A DNA stretch of 64,000 nucleotides, from the sequence record NC_070962.1; one strand, given 5' to 3'. The translations under genes were made by a program, and so were the position numbers. This document shows positions 28,061 through 37,982 of this stretch, in pieces (position 1 is the stretch's first letter; every line of letters begins with the position of its first letter). The notes below the pieces were generated by a model that was given only the letters and a program-made list of their open reading frames with translations, was not told the origin of the DNA and ran no database searches.

Positions 28061-29623
28061 ATGACTCATCTCAACGATATCTCCAAGGTATACATGGAGA
28101 AGGTTGCTAAACCTGACTTTCTTGACTTAGACAAGGATGGTAATAAGAAAGAGCCTATGAAAAAGGCAGCAGTCGAAGCACCTAAAGAAAGGTTGAAGAC
28201 TGATCGTGATGGATATCGTGTCCCTAAAAAAGATGCTGATGCTGCTAGAGAAAGACTACTAGCAAAAGCAAGAGCAAAACGTGCAAAGATGTCTGAGGCA
28301 CTTGATCCTGTAGGTAAGGAAGATGCTGATGTTGATAATGATGGTAAGAAGAATACTAAGTCTGATAAGTATCTTCTAAATCGTCGTAAGGCAATCGGCA
28401 AAGCAATGAAGGAAGCAAAGAATGTTCATGGTGAGATTGAGAACCCTTCTACTGACCTAAAAGGAAATGTTAAAAAAGCAGTGAAAAGAATTGACACTAA
28501 TGTAAGTGGTGATGTCAATAAAAAGGATAAGTCAATGGGTGATTATGGTGAATTTGTTCCTACTCCAGATGGTAAGAAAGTAACCAAGATCGCAAAAGAA
28601 GGTTTCTCTAACTGGAGAAATGATCTTCGTGAGGTTATGGGTGAAGATGGTGAAGAGAAGAAGCAGGTAAAAGAAAAGAACGTAAAGAATACTATTAAGA
28701 TCAATCCTAAAATTTCTGAGGAAGTTACTATTCTAGAAAGCACTGAGATGGATGAAGTAGATCTTGATATCTACATTGTATATGATGAACTTGTACAAGA
28801 AGGATATGATGTATATGATATTGAAGATGCAATTGAGTATGCACTTGTTGAAGTAAGTGATAGATATTATGATTCTGCAGTCAAAGCATCTAAGCAAGCA
28901 GCTGCTAAGAAAAATAGAGAAGAATTGAAGAAAAAAGCAGTTGGTCGTCTTAGATATATGAAGAGAAAAGCAGGAGAAGCAGTATCTTCTGCTAAGAAAA
29001 AAGTAGGAATGGCATCTGCTAAGGCACAAGTTGCTGCTTACAATAAAGGTAGAGAGGTAGCACAAACTGCTGGTGATAAAGTAAGACGTGCAAAGAAAGC
29101 AGTATCTGATGCTCCTCAGAAAGCAAAGTCTGGTATTAAATCAAAGATTAAAAAAGCAGCACAGAAAGTTGTTGATCGTATGAGTGAAGAAAATAATATG
29201 CAAATGACTCCTCAAGAAGTAGCTCTTCAGAAGAGGAAGACTATGATTGATCTAGCAATTTCTCAAAAAAGAAGACAATCATTAAATAAAGTTAATAAAG
29301 AAGAAGTTGAATTAGATGAACGCACTCGTTATGCTAAGGAAACTGGTAAGGATTACACTACTGGTAAACCTTCAGTGAAAGGTGGAGAAGAACCACCATC
29401 AGCAATGAAGCATCTTCAGAAAAAATTTAGATCCAGTGGTGGAATGATGTCTTCTAGAAAGAAACCTATTCCAATTCCTGGTAAGAAAAAGGAGAAAGGT
29501 GCTAAACCCAAGTTTAAGACTGCACCTACTCCAGTCGATAAGATCAAGGCAAAACTTGCTAAGAAGAGAGCACCTAAAAAAGACCCATACGGTTACGGTC
29601 AGGGTCGTTATCAAGGAGACTGA
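28061..29623 (+). CDS. Large K-rich late hypothetical protein with DxDxDG motifs
   Basis: DLDKDG and DVDNDG; late promoter CATAAATA at 28021. Confidence 0.7.
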   Translation: MTHLNDISKVYMEKVAKPDFLDLDKDGNKKEPMKKAAVEAPKERLKTDRDGYRVPKKDADAARERLLAKARAKRAKMSEALDPVGKEDADVDNDGKKNTKSDKYLLNRRKAIGKAMKEAKNVHGEIENPSTDLKGNVKKAVKRIDTNVSGDVNKKDKSMGDYGEFVPTPDGKKVTKIAKEGFSNWRNDLREVMGEDGEEKKQVKEKNVKNTIKINPKISEEVTILESTEMDEVDLDIYIVYDELVQEGYDVYDIEDAIEYALVEVSDRYYDSAVKASKQAAAKKNREELKKKAVGRLRYMKRKAGEAVSSAKKKVGMASAKAQVAAYNKGREVAQTAGDKVRRAKKAVSDAPQKAKSGIKSKIKKAAQKVVDRMSEENNMQMTPQEVALQKRKTMIDLAISQKRRQSLNKVNKEEVELDERTRYAKETGKDYTTGKPSVKGGEEPPSAMKHLQKKFRSSGGMMSSRKKPIPIPGKKKEKGAKPKFKTAPTPVDKIKAKLAKKRAPKKDPYGYGQGRYQGD

Positions 29624-29625
29624 TT

Positions 29626-29835
29626 ATGCCAGCAGTATCTAAAGCACAGCAACGGTTCATGGGTATGGTCCATGCCGTAAAGAAGGGAGATATGGCAGCA
29701 CCTTCTCCCGAAGTTGCTCAAGCAGCAGCATCAATGAAGAAGAAAGATGCGAAAGATTTTGCATCAACAAAGCATAAAGGTTTGCCTGAGAAGAAAAAAA
29801 GAACTTTTAAAGAGTTTTTGGAATATATAGAATAG
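29626..29835 (+). CDS. Small conserved phage protein
   Basis: MPAVSKAQQRFMGMVHAVKKG. Confidence 0.7.
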   Translation: MPAVSKAQQRFMGMVHAVKKGDMAAPSPEVAQAAASMKKKDAKDFASTKHKGLPEKKKRTFKEFLEYIE

Positions 29836-29851
29836 TCCTCTTGAGGTTATC

Positions 29852-30064
29852 ATGCTCGCATTTTTACTTCCACTCGCATCAAAGGTAATTTCCGATGCTG
29901 TATCAAAGATTCCAGAAAACGAAGAACTCGGTGAGAAACTCATTGAGATCTGTCTTGTTATCCTTGCTAAAGCGGTTAAGTTGACTAAGACTGATATGGA
30001 TGACCAACTACTAGAAGTAGTTGCAAAGGCAATTAGAAATCGTGAAGAAGCACCTGCTGAGTGA
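29852..30064 (+). CDS. Hypothetical protein
   Basis: 70-aa amphipathic ORF with a GAGG SD. Confidence 0.65.
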   Translation: MLAFLLPLASKVISDAVSKIPENEELGEKLIEICLVILAKAVKLTKTDMDDQLLEVVAKAIRNREEAPAE

Positions 30065-30088
30065 ATATAAATAAAAAAATAAATGATG

Positions 30089-30117
30089 TGGAGATCATTT
30101 TGTGGTCTCCATTTTTT
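30089..30117 (+). terminator. Rho-independent terminator flanked by late promoters
   Basis: TGGAGATCA/TGGTCTCCA stem plus T6; TATAAATA at 30066 and 30117. Confidence 0.7.
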
Positions 30118-30157
30118 ATAAATATCTAATAGCAAATGTATTCAAAGGAAAAGAAAC

Positions 30158-30691
30158 ATGGCACTTTGGGGAAATAGTGACAATGTAACCTCTGCTGGCA
30201 TCGTAACCGTAAATTACTCCACCCGCGTTGTTGATGGACACGGAACTGCATTCGGTAATGCAGGGTCTATCCAAGCAGGTGATGTCATCAGATTCGGTGA
30301 TGATCCAACAACTGGTGTATATTTTGGTGATGCTGTTGTAGCATCTATTACAAGCACTTCACAACTAACTATTGCTTCTACTGCTGGACTCAGTGGTGCT
30401 GCAATCGCAGGAACTAACTTCTATGCAAGTCAGTGTCCTTCATATACTGTTGGAGATGTCAAGTATAGTGAGTCTTCCAGTGGTACTACTGATGCTTATG
30501 TCTACGGTGTGGCAAAGCAAGGTGTTCAAAATGCAAATGCAACAGTGTATGAAACTGGTGCAGGTTGGGTTGGAGTTACCACCTACAACGATCAGCACGG
30601 CAACCTAAGAGTTAAGAAAGAGATTCTAGTTGCAATGTCTGGAATCACCACAGGCAACACCCCAATTTATGACGCAGATCCACTAAGCTGA
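30158..30691 (+). CDS. Putative virion structural protein
   Basis: MALWGN start, G/S/T-rich beta-type composition, late promoter upstream. Confidence 0.6.
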   Translation: MALWGNSDNVTSAGIVTVNYSTRVVDGHGTAFGNAGSIQAGDVIRFGDDPTTGVYFGDAVVASITSTSQLTIASTAGLSGAAIAGTNFYASQCPSYTVGDVKYSESSSGTTDAYVYGVAKQGVQNANATVYETGAGWVGVTTYNDQHGNLRVKKEILVAMSGITTGNTPIYDADPLS

Positions 30692-30702
30692 TAACTTAAG
30701 AT

Positions 30703-31095
30703 ATGTTATTTGATGAATTGAATGAGGAAAATTTTTTATTATTTGCTATAAAAAATTATGAGAATCCTCAAGCCATTACTAAAGATGATTTCCATCGTGA
30801 CTTGAATCATTTCAAGTACATTAAAAGGCTTTTGAGGAAGTATAAGAGCACTGGTGAACTCAAGGTACATTTGCTTCTTAATCACTTCATCATTTTGTAC
30901 AACATATTTGATGATGCAACAACACCAATGCTCTTCTACAAACTTGAAGAGGACCTTTGGTCAACTACAAAAACATTTGTGCATTTCTTGAATAGATTGC
31001 CAGAGTATCCCAGATGTTATATTCATGATATTGTTAGTGATGACGTTGCTCTAGAAAAACTACAAATTTTGTATAACGATAATGGACAAGACTGA
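30703..31095 (+). CDS. Conserved T4-like hypothetical protein
   Basis: FDELNEENFLLFAIKNYENP, HLLLNHFIILYN. Confidence 0.75.
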   Translation: MLFDELNEENFLLFAIKNYENPQAITKDDFHRDLNHFKYIKRLLRKYKSTGELKVHLLLNHFIILYNIFDDATTPMLFYKLEEDLWSTTKTFVHFLNRLPEYPRCYIHDIVSDDVALEKLQILYNDNGQD

Positions 31096-31306
31096 TCGGG
31101 TCATACAACTTATACGTGAAATGATCGCAGTCGGTGCTGGTGGATTTACAGGTTCTTCTGCAGCAGAAGGACCAACTGCTGGGTATGATCCTCTGATGAA
31201 ATTTCAGAGACGTGGGAAAACTGATTATAGAAAAGTCCCCAAGACTTACAAACAGTGGGTAAAATCATTGGACTCAAAAAATGTTCGGAAGACTAACGGT
31301 TCTTGA
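31082..31306 (+). CDS. Hypothetical protein
   Basis: 74-aa ORF containing AGYDPLM. Confidence 0.65.
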   Translation: MDKTDRVIQLIREMIAVGAGGFTGSSAAEGPTAGYDPLMKFQRRGKTDYRKVPKTYKQWVKSLDSKNVRKTNGS

Positions 31307-31712
31307 ATCAAAGTTAGATATCTATGAGGATCTCTCAAAAGAGATGCTCGATAAACTTGAACGTGCAGTCACGACTATCTCTGACAATAGCAACAAAATT
31401 GCTATTGTTTTGGAACGGCATGAAAATCGTCTTGATGAAGTAGACAGAGCAGATCAACTCATTCTCAAAATGATTGAAGAGATGAAGAGTCAACATGATA
31501 AAGATACTAAAACCTTACACGATAGACTTTCTAATCTTCAAAAAAAGGTAGATCACAATGCCAAATTTGTTGTTGGTGCTGGTGCTGTCCTTGCTACTCT
31601 TGTAGCAGTATTACAGGTTGTTCCTCCAGTTATCAAGTTCTTGACACCCACGGCAAATGCGAGTATGATGCCAATAGCAGAAGTCGTGTCTTTCGTAAAT
31701 GGATCAAATTGA
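31281..31712 (+). CDS. Coiled-coil protein with C-terminal TM segment
   Basis: Heptad-rich body followed by FVVGAGAVLATLVAVLQVV. Confidence 0.65.
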   Translation: MFGRLTVLESKLDIYEDLSKEMLDKLERAVTTISDNSNKIAIVLERHENRLDEVDRADQLILKMIEEMKSQHDKDTKTLHDRLSNLQKKVDHNAKFVVGAGAVLATLVAVLQVVPPVIKFLTPTANASMMPIAEVVSFVNGSN

Positions 31713-32667
31713 TGCAAAATATATTAGTCTAGTTTCTGCCAGGTTACAAAAATTCAAACGAGTAAAAGCAGACCTCTATAATTTTAGATGTCCTATCTGC
31801 GGAGATTCGCAGAAGAACAAGAGTAAAGCAAGAGGTTATCTGTACTCTGCAAAAACCTCTGTCAATTATAAGTGCCACAACTGTGGTGCAAGTTTGTCAT
31901 TAAATAATTTCCTTAAGAAGATCGATGTAACTCTGCATAAGAGTTATTGTCTAGAAAAGTTTAAGGAAGGAAAAACTGGTCGGGCATTTACTACCAATGA
32001 ACCTAAATTCGTTTTTGAAAAACCTAAGTTTGCACAGAGGATCGTTCTTCCTCTTTGTAGTGAGGTGGAAGTTGGTAGAACATATCTTCAAAATCGTAAG
32101 ATCGATCCCACCAAATTTTATTATGCAGAAAACTTTGATGAGTTTGTGCGAACGTTTGAGGGTTTGGATTACGGGTATATGGGTAAAGAGCCTAGAATCA
32201 TCATCCCGTTATATTGCGACAAAGATCTCATCGGGTTCCAAGGAAGAAGTCTAAATTCCAAATCTATTAAATATATTACTGTAATGCTTAAGGAGGACGC
32301 ACCGAAAATATATGGACTTGATAACATCGAAAAAGACTCTAGAGTCTACATTACTGAAGGACCATTCGATAGCACGTTCATTCGCAATTCGATTGCTATG
32401 TGCGGAGCTGATCTTGATATCAGCAATTGGGGGATTAGCAATCCTGTTTGGGTCTATGACAATGAACCTAGAAACAGGGAAATCCTCAACCGAGTCAGTA
32501 AAACAATTGATAGTGGAGACTCCATAGTCATTTGGCCATCACATATTAAAGAGAAGGACATAAATGATATGGTCCTTGCTGGACATAATGTTCAAGAAGT
32601 GATAGAATCAAATACTTATTCTGGTTTAGAAGCAAAACTTAAATTCACCACCTGGAAGAAAATATGA
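31699..32667 (+). CDS. 61: DNA primase gp61
   Basis: CPICGDS...CHNC zinc finger; TOPRIM ITEGPFDS, YDNE, DIND. Confidence 0.95.
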   Translation: MDQIDAKYISLVSARLQKFKRVKADLYNFRCPICGDSQKNKSKARGYLYSAKTSVNYKCHNCGASLSLNNFLKKIDVTLHKSYCLEKFKEGKTGRAFTTNEPKFVFEKPKFAQRIVLPLCSEVEVGRTYLQNRKIDPTKFYYAENFDEFVRTFEGLDYGYMGKEPRIIIPLYCDKDLIGFQGRSLNSKSIKYITVMLKEDAPKIYGLDNIEKDSRVYITEGPFDSTFIRNSIAMCGADLDISNWGISNPVWVYDNEPRNREILNRVSKTIDSGDSIVIWPSHIKEKDINDMVLAGHNVQEVIESNTYSGLEAKLKFTTWKKI

Positions 32668-34961
32668 GCAACGGTATCAAGGTTAAAAAACGTAATGGAT
32701 CTATTGAGGTATTAGACCTAGAAAAGATGCACAAGATGGTTGAGGCTGCTTGTGAGGGTCTCTCTGGTGTGTCTGCGAGTCAAGTTGAGATTCAATCTGG
32801 AATCCAGTTTTATGATGGTGTCACCACTGATGAGATTCAGGAAATCCTGATTCGTTCTGCTTCGGATCTAATTGATCTTGAGCATCCTAACTATCAGTAT
32901 GCAGCAGCAAGATTGCTACTATTCTCTATTCGTAAGCAACTTGCTGTGAAGTTTAAAAGGGATCCTAATCTTCTAGAGCAGATCAAGTATGGCATTGAGA
33001 ATAATGTCTATGATGAAGAAATACTACAAAAGTATACAGAAGAAGAACTAGATAAGGTAAACTCCTTTATCTACCATGATAGAGATTATCTCTTCACATA
33101 TGCTGGATTACGGCAGGTGGTGGATAAATACTTAGTGCAGGATAGAAGTAATGGTGAGGTATTTGAAACACCTCAGTTCATGTATATTCTGATTGCACTA
33201 ACTATCTTCGCAGAGTATCCTAAGGAGACACGTTTATCTTATGTCAAACGATACTACGACGCAATCAGCAAGCACAAAATCAACATTCCTACACCTATCA
33301 TGGCGGGAGTGCGAACTCCACTTCGACAATTTGCTAGCTGTGTTCTTGTTGATGTTGATGACACCCTCGATAGCATCTTTAGTTCTGATATGGCTATCGG
33401 CAGATATGTTGCACAAAGGGCGGGTATCGGCATCAATGCAGGCAGAATCCGTGGCATCAACAGTAAGATCCGAGGTGGAGAAGTTCAACACACAGGTGTT
33501 GTCCCATTCCTCAAAAAGTTTGAAGCAACTGTCCGATGCTGCACTCAAAATGGCATCCGAGGTGGATCAGCGACTGTCCACTTCCCAATCTGGCACCAAG
33601 AAATAGAGGACATCCTTGTACTTAAAAACAATAAAGGGACGGAAGATAACCGTGTCCGAAAATTGGACTACAGCATCCAGATCTCTAAACTTTTCTACGA
33701 ACGTTTCATTAAGGACGAGGAGATTTCTCTCTTTAGTCCTCATGATGTTCCAGGTCTCTATGATGCTTTTGGGACTGATTCTTTTGACGAACTATATGTG
33801 GGTTACGAGCAGGATCAGTCTATTCCTAGAAAAACGATTGGGGGTCAAAGTCTGATCCTTGATCTTCTGAAGGAACGTGCTGAGACTGGTCGTATCTACA
33901 TCATGAACATCGACCACTGTAACTCTCACTCTTCTTTCAAAGACAAGGTTTATATGAGTAACCTATGTCAGGAGATCACCCTACCTACAGATCCTCTACA
34001 GCACATTGATGGGCAAGGTGAGATTGCTCTCTGCATTCTTTCTGCTATCAATGTTGGTAAGGTCAAGTCTGATATTGAACTAGAGAATCTTTGTGATCTT
34101 TCTGTTCGTGGTCTAGAAGAACTCATTGACTATCAGAAGTATCCTATCCTTGCTGCAGAACTTGCTACAAAGGCACGTAGGTCTCTTGGAATTGGTTTTA
34201 TTGGTCTAGCACATTATCTTGCCAAACTTGGTTTCAACTATGGTGATCAAGAGGCATGGGATGCTGTCCATGGACTGTCTGAGTCTTTCCAATACTTCCT
34301 TCTCAAGTCATCAAATCAACTTGCAAAAGAGAAGGGTGCTTGTGAAGGTTTCCCACGAACAAAATACTCTGATGGAATTCTCCCAATTGATACATACAAG
34401 AAGGATCTAGACGAAGTTACTTCTATTCCGTTGCAGCATGATTGGGAATCTCTTAGGGCATCTATCACAGAGTACGGTCTACGGCACTCAACATTGTCCG
34501 CACAGATGCCATCAGAGAGCAGTTCCGTTGTGTCAAACGCAACAAATGGAATCGAACCACCTAGAGGATACCTGTCCGTTAAAAAATCAAAGAAAGGACC
34601 TCTTAAGCAAATTGTTCCGCAGTACAATACACTGAAAAACAACTACACACTATTGTGGGAAATGCCTGACAATAGAGGTTACATAAATGTGGTGTCTGTC
34701 ATGCAGAAATTCTTCGATCAAGCCATATCTGGTAATTGGTCCTATAATCCTGAGAACTATCCTGATAATGAAGTTCCAGTTTCTGTGATGGCAAATGATT
34801 TTCTAACTACATACAAGTATGGTTGGAAAACTTCTTATTATCAAAATACCTACGATAACAAGACCGATGAGGTTCAGGAGGATAAAAGAGAACAACTAAA
34901 TGCAATCTTAGAAGAATTAAGTCAATCAGAGGAGGGAGAGTGTGAATCCTGTGCAGTTTAA
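32664..34961 (+). CDS. nrdA: Ribonucleotide reductase class Ia alpha subunit
   Basis: N-terminal ATP cone, PTPIMAG, SCVL, SNLCQEI, MPSESSS. Confidence 0.97.
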   Translation: MSNGIKVKKRNGSIEVLDLEKMHKMVEAACEGLSGVSASQVEIQSGIQFYDGVTTDEIQEILIRSASDLIDLEHPNYQYAAARLLLFSIRKQLAVKFKRDPNLLEQIKYGIENNVYDEEILQKYTEEELDKVNSFIYHDRDYLFTYAGLRQVVDKYLVQDRSNGEVFETPQFMYILIALTIFAEYPKETRLSYVKRYYDAISKHKINIPTPIMAGVRTPLRQFASCVLVDVDDTLDSIFSSDMAIGRYVAQRAGIGINAGRIRGINSKIRGGEVQHTGVVPFLKKFEATVRCCTQNGIRGGSATVHFPIWHQEIEDILVLKNNKGTEDNRVRKLDYSIQISKLFYERFIKDEEISLFSPHDVPGLYDAFGTDSFDELYVGYEQDQSIPRKTIGGQSLILDLLKERAETGRIYIMNIDHCNSHSSFKDKVYMSNLCQEITLPTDPLQHIDGQGEIALCILSAINVGKVKSDIELENLCDLSVRGLEELIDYQKYPILAAELATKARRSLGIGFIGLAHYLAKLGFNYGDQEAWDAVHGLSESFQYFLLKSSNQLAKEKGACEGFPRTKYSDGILPIDTYKKDLDEVTSIPLQHDWESLRASITEYGLRHSTLSAQMPSESSSVVSNATNGIEPPRGYLSVKKSKKGPLKQIVPQYNTLKNNYTLLWEMPDNRGYINVVSVMQKFFDQAISGNWSYNPENYPDNEVPVSVMANDFLTTYKYGWKTSYYQNTYDNKTDEVQEDKREQLNAILEELSQSEEGECESCAV

Positions 34962-36132
34962 GATGTCATCCGTAGAGGAACCTAAAACTAAAGTTGAAGG
35001 CATGACAGTCTTCAATACCGAACAAGTTAATACTAAAAAGCAACCGATGTTTTTCGGTAAACCTCTGGGAGTACAGAGGTACGACTCTTATAAGTATCCA
35101 ATCTTTGATAAACTAACAACTCAACAACTTGGATATTTCTGGAGACCAGAAGAAGTTTCACTGCAGAAAGACCGTGGGGATTATCAAACACTTCGTCCAG
35201 AACAAAAGCATATCTATACCTCTAACCTCAAGTACCAGATTATGCTTGACTCCATACAAGGGCGTGGTCCTGGGATGGCTTTTATACCTTATTGCAGTCT
35301 ACCCGAACTAGAGGCATGTATGGAGGTCTGGGGGTTCATGGAAATGATCCACAGTCGTTCCTACACCTACATCATCAAGAACGTCTATTCAGATCCTTCT
35401 GAGGTATTTGATAAGATCGTCACTGATGAACGCATTCTAGAACGTGCTGCGAGTGTCACAGGTGCCTATGATGACTTCATCAATAGTGCTCAGACTTGGG
35501 GCAATGGCAACATGTGGCAAGAGGACTTTAGAGATTCACCTTCATCCAAATGGGAAATTAAAGATGTCAAAAGAAAACTCTACAGAGCAGTCGCAAACGT
35601 TAATGTTCTTGAGGGTATTAGGTTCTACGTTAGTTTTGCTTGTAGTTTCGCCTTTGGTGAACTCAAGCTCATGGAAGGATCAGCAAAAATTATTTCACTC
35701 ATTGCAAGAGACGAAAATCAACATCTAGCAATTACTCAGAATATTCTGAATAAGTGGAAGTCTGGTGATGATCCTGAAATGGCACAGATTGCCAAAGAGG
35801 AAGAAGAGTGGACTTATCAGTTATTTGATAATGCTGTCAATGAAGAGAAGAAGTGGGCAGAGTATCTGTTCAAAGATGGATCAATGATTGGTCTGAATGA
35901 CAAACTACTCAAGAACTATGTTGAGTGGGTTGCAAATCGTCGCATGAAGTCTATTGGTCTCAAACCAGTATATGATATTTCTGCTAAGGCAAATCCTCTG
36001 CCTTGGACTGAGCATTGGATTTCTTCTAAGGGTCTTCAGGTGGCACCACAAGAGACGGAAGTCGAGTCCTATGTGGTAGGTGGCATCAAGCAAGATGTCA
36101 AGGCAGATACGTTCTCAGGATTTAAACTATGA
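34942..36132 (+). CDS. nrdB: Ribonucleotide reductase class Ia beta subunit
   Basis: FWRPEEV, EMIHSRSY, LEGIRFYVSF, RDENQH. Confidence 0.97.
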   Translation: MNPVQFKMSSVEEPKTKVEGMTVFNTEQVNTKKQPMFFGKPLGVQRYDSYKYPIFDKLTTQQLGYFWRPEEVSLQKDRGDYQTLRPEQKHIYTSNLKYQIMLDSIQGRGPGMAFIPYCSLPELEACMEVWGFMEMIHSRSYTYIIKNVYSDPSEVFDKIVTDERILERAASVTGAYDDFINSAQTWGNGNMWQEDFRDSPSSKWEIKDVKRKLYRAVANVNVLEGIRFYVSFACSFAFGELKLMEGSAKIISLIARDENQHLAITQNILNKWKSGDDPEMAQIAKEEEEWTYQLFDNAVNEEKKWAEYLFKDGSMIGLNDKLLKNYVEWVANRRMKSIGLKPVYDISAKANPLPWTEHWISSKGLQVAPQETEVESYVVGGIKQDVKADTFSGFKL

Positions 36133-36281
36133 CAGAACAGTGGGCAATTCAATTGATGGCAGATACAAGAGTTGAGTTATCTGAATTTGATCTCAGGATA
36201 CTTCGATTTGGACCTCAACCTTGGTTGCCCCATGAAGTTATTAGATATAACTTTCTGAAGATGAAGTATAAGGAGGACTAA
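36129..36281 (+). CDS. Small hypothetical protein (50 aa)
   Basis: Hand-translated; ATGA overlap with the nrdB stop. Confidence 0.5.
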   Translation: MTEQWAIQLMADTRVELSEFDLRILRFGPQPWLPHEVIRYNFLKMKYKED

Positions 36282-36297
36282 GGTCCTCTTTTTTTTG
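36273..36297 (+). terminator. Rho-independent terminator
   Basis: GAGGAC-TAAG-GTCCTC plus T tract. Confidence 0.75.
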
Positions 36298-36327
36298 TCT
36301 AAATATTCCAGACAATGGAATATATGA

Positions 36328-36756
36328 ATGGTGGATTATGAAAATCCTTGGACTTACATGGAACGAACTTTTGATAGCAGTGATGTTCGGGACTACTTTG
36401 GCTTTGTTTATCTCATTACCAATCTCACAAACCAACGACAGTACATTGGGAGAAAGTATTTTTGGTCGTTCAGAACACCAAAAGGAAAGAAACGAAAAGT
36501 CAAACAGGAGAGTGATTGGAAGCGGTATTACGGATCTTGTCCAGAACTGAAAGAGGATATAGAAAAGTTGGGTAAGGATAAGTTTAAGAGAGAAATATTA
36601 TCACTACATAAAACAAAAGGAAGAACAAACTTTGAAGAGACACGTCAGTTGTTTTTAAATAATGTTCTTACAGAATCTCTTAACGGAGAACCAGCATACT
36701 ATAACAGTAATATTTTAAGTCGTTATTTTAGGAAGGATTATTATGGAGACGATTGA
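36328..36756 (+). CDS. GIY-YIG-like nuclease-domain protein
   Basis: GFVYLITNLTNQRQYIGRK, YYGS, YYNSNI. Confidence 0.7.
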   Translation: MVDYENPWTYMERTFDSSDVRDYFGFVYLITNLTNQRQYIGRKYFWSFRTPKGKKRKVKQESDWKRYYGSCPELKEDIEKLGKDKFKREILSLHKTKGRTNFEETRQLFLNNVLTESLNGEPAYYNSNILSRYFRKDYYGDD

Positions 36757-37462
36757 TTCTTATTTCAGATATTGTTGTGAGATAAGTGAAGATAGTGAAG
36801 AAACGCAATATAACGATGATGTGCTACATGTAAAGAATGTTTTTAAAGATCCATATCGGATGCTTAAGTTCCAATCTTTATTATCAAAATGGGAATCCTG
36901 TCATAATGCAAAACCAGGCATTATGTCTTTAAAACTTCCTTATTGGACTGCTGAACTTATTGCGGATGATCTTATTGGTTTACCTGATCATGATGATTTT
37001 TTAAACGAATCTGAGTTTTATTATTTTTATTATAATAATACTGGTATGGATGCTGGTGGTATAGATAATCTTAGGAGTAATAACTGTATGCTTCCTCATA
37101 CAGATCCTGGTAAAAGAAGTCAGACAAATATCATAGGATTAATTAACTTGAATCAGAGAGAAGTGTCTACTGGATTTTGGAAGTTTAAAGGAAATCTCTT
37201 GGAAGAAACTGAAGAAATTGCTGATGAATATAATGTGTATTCATCTCAAATAACTCATAGTAACTATCATCAAAAAATTAATAACGGTATATTAGATAAA
37301 GTTTTTGATGTTAAGTATGGATTTAATGAAGCAATTTTTTATGATTCTAAATGTTTTCATCAACCAAACATTGATAAATATTACACAAGAGAGAACCCGA
37401 GAATCATGATGAGATTGTCATATGTTCTTGACGAAGAGGAGGAAGAGTGTTATGATGACTGA
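36743..37462 (+). CDS. 2OG-Fe(II) oxygenase-like
   Basis: PHTD, STGFW, FNEAIFYDSKCFH, R. Confidence 0.6.
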   Translation: METIDSYFRYCCEISEDSEETQYNDDVLHVKNVFKDPYRMLKFQSLLSKWESCHNAKPGIMSLKLPYWTAELIADDLIGLPDHDDFLNESEFYYFYYNNTGMDAGGIDNLRSNNCMLPHTDPGKRSQTNIIGLINLNQREVSTGFWKFKGNLLEETEEIADEYNVYSSQITHSNYHQKINNGILDKVFDVKYGFNEAIFYDSKCFHQPNIDKYYTRENPRIMMRLSYVLDEEEEECYDD

Positions 37463-37476
37463 GTTGCAAAGGTACT

Positions 37477-37644
37477 ATGGAAGAGCAAGTTATCGATTGC
37501 GTTTCTGGGATTATTGATTGGGCAAGAGAACGAGTTATGGATGAAGACCTTGATTGGGTTGATGCAAGATCGATTGCAATGGAGTTTAAGGAATGGTTAG
37601 ATGAAGATGAAATCGACCTTCTTTACCTTGACAAACTAGACTAA
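37477..37644 (+). CDS. Small acidic hypothetical protein (55 aa)
   Basis: Hand-translated MEEQVIDCVSGIIDWARER... Confidence 0.5.
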   Translation: MEEQVIDCVSGIIDWARERVMDEDLDWVDARSIAMEFKEWLDEDEIDLLYLDKLD

Positions 37645-37656
37645 ACAGTCTATAAT
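37628..37656 (+). promoter_or_regulatory. Sigma70 promoter for tRNA-Arg
   Basis: TTGACA-N17-TATAAT. Confidence 0.8.
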
Positions 37657-37665
37657 TCTTTTATT

Positions 37666-37737
37666 GGGTCCATAGTTAAACGGATATAACTACCGCCTTC
37701 TAAGCGGTTATTCTAGGTTCGATTCCTAGTGGACCTG
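37666..37737 (+). tRNA. tRNA-Arg(UCU)
   Basis: Cloverleaf; ACCGC-CT-TCT-AA-GCGGT anticodon arm. Confidence 0.93.
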
Positions 37738-37751
37738 TTGCCCTTCTTCTT

Positions 37752-37916
37752 ATGAAACCAGTAGACATCTTACTTCTAATATCTGAATTGGAAGGGTGCC
37801 ATACGCACACTAAGAGATTTGGTTTTGAAGAAGACATGGCAATCTTCGATCAAATGAGAAAGAAGTATTATAAACTATACTTCAAACTCAAGAGAGAAGA
37901 AGACAATCCTCTATAG
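37752..37916 (+). CDS. Small hypothetical protein (54 aa), stop overlaps tRNA-Asn
   Basis: Hand-translated MKPVDILLLISELEG...KREEDNPL. Confidence 0.5.
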   Translation: MKPVDILLLISELEGCHTHTKRFGFEEDMAIFDQMRKKYYKLYFKLKREEDNPL

Positions 37917-37979
37917 CTCAGTTGGTAGAGCAGGTGACTGTTAATCACCCTGTCCCTGGTTCGAGTCCAGGTGGAGGAG
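37907..37979 (+). tRNA. tRNA-Asn(GUU)
   Basis: Cloverleaf, anticodon GTT. Confidence 0.95.
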
Positions 37980-37982
37980 TAA

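Noticed and set aside
14778-36132. Introns or inteins in 43, 41, nrdA or nrdB
   Set aside because: The ORFs are uninterrupted and of normal length, with no intein or intron signatures seen.
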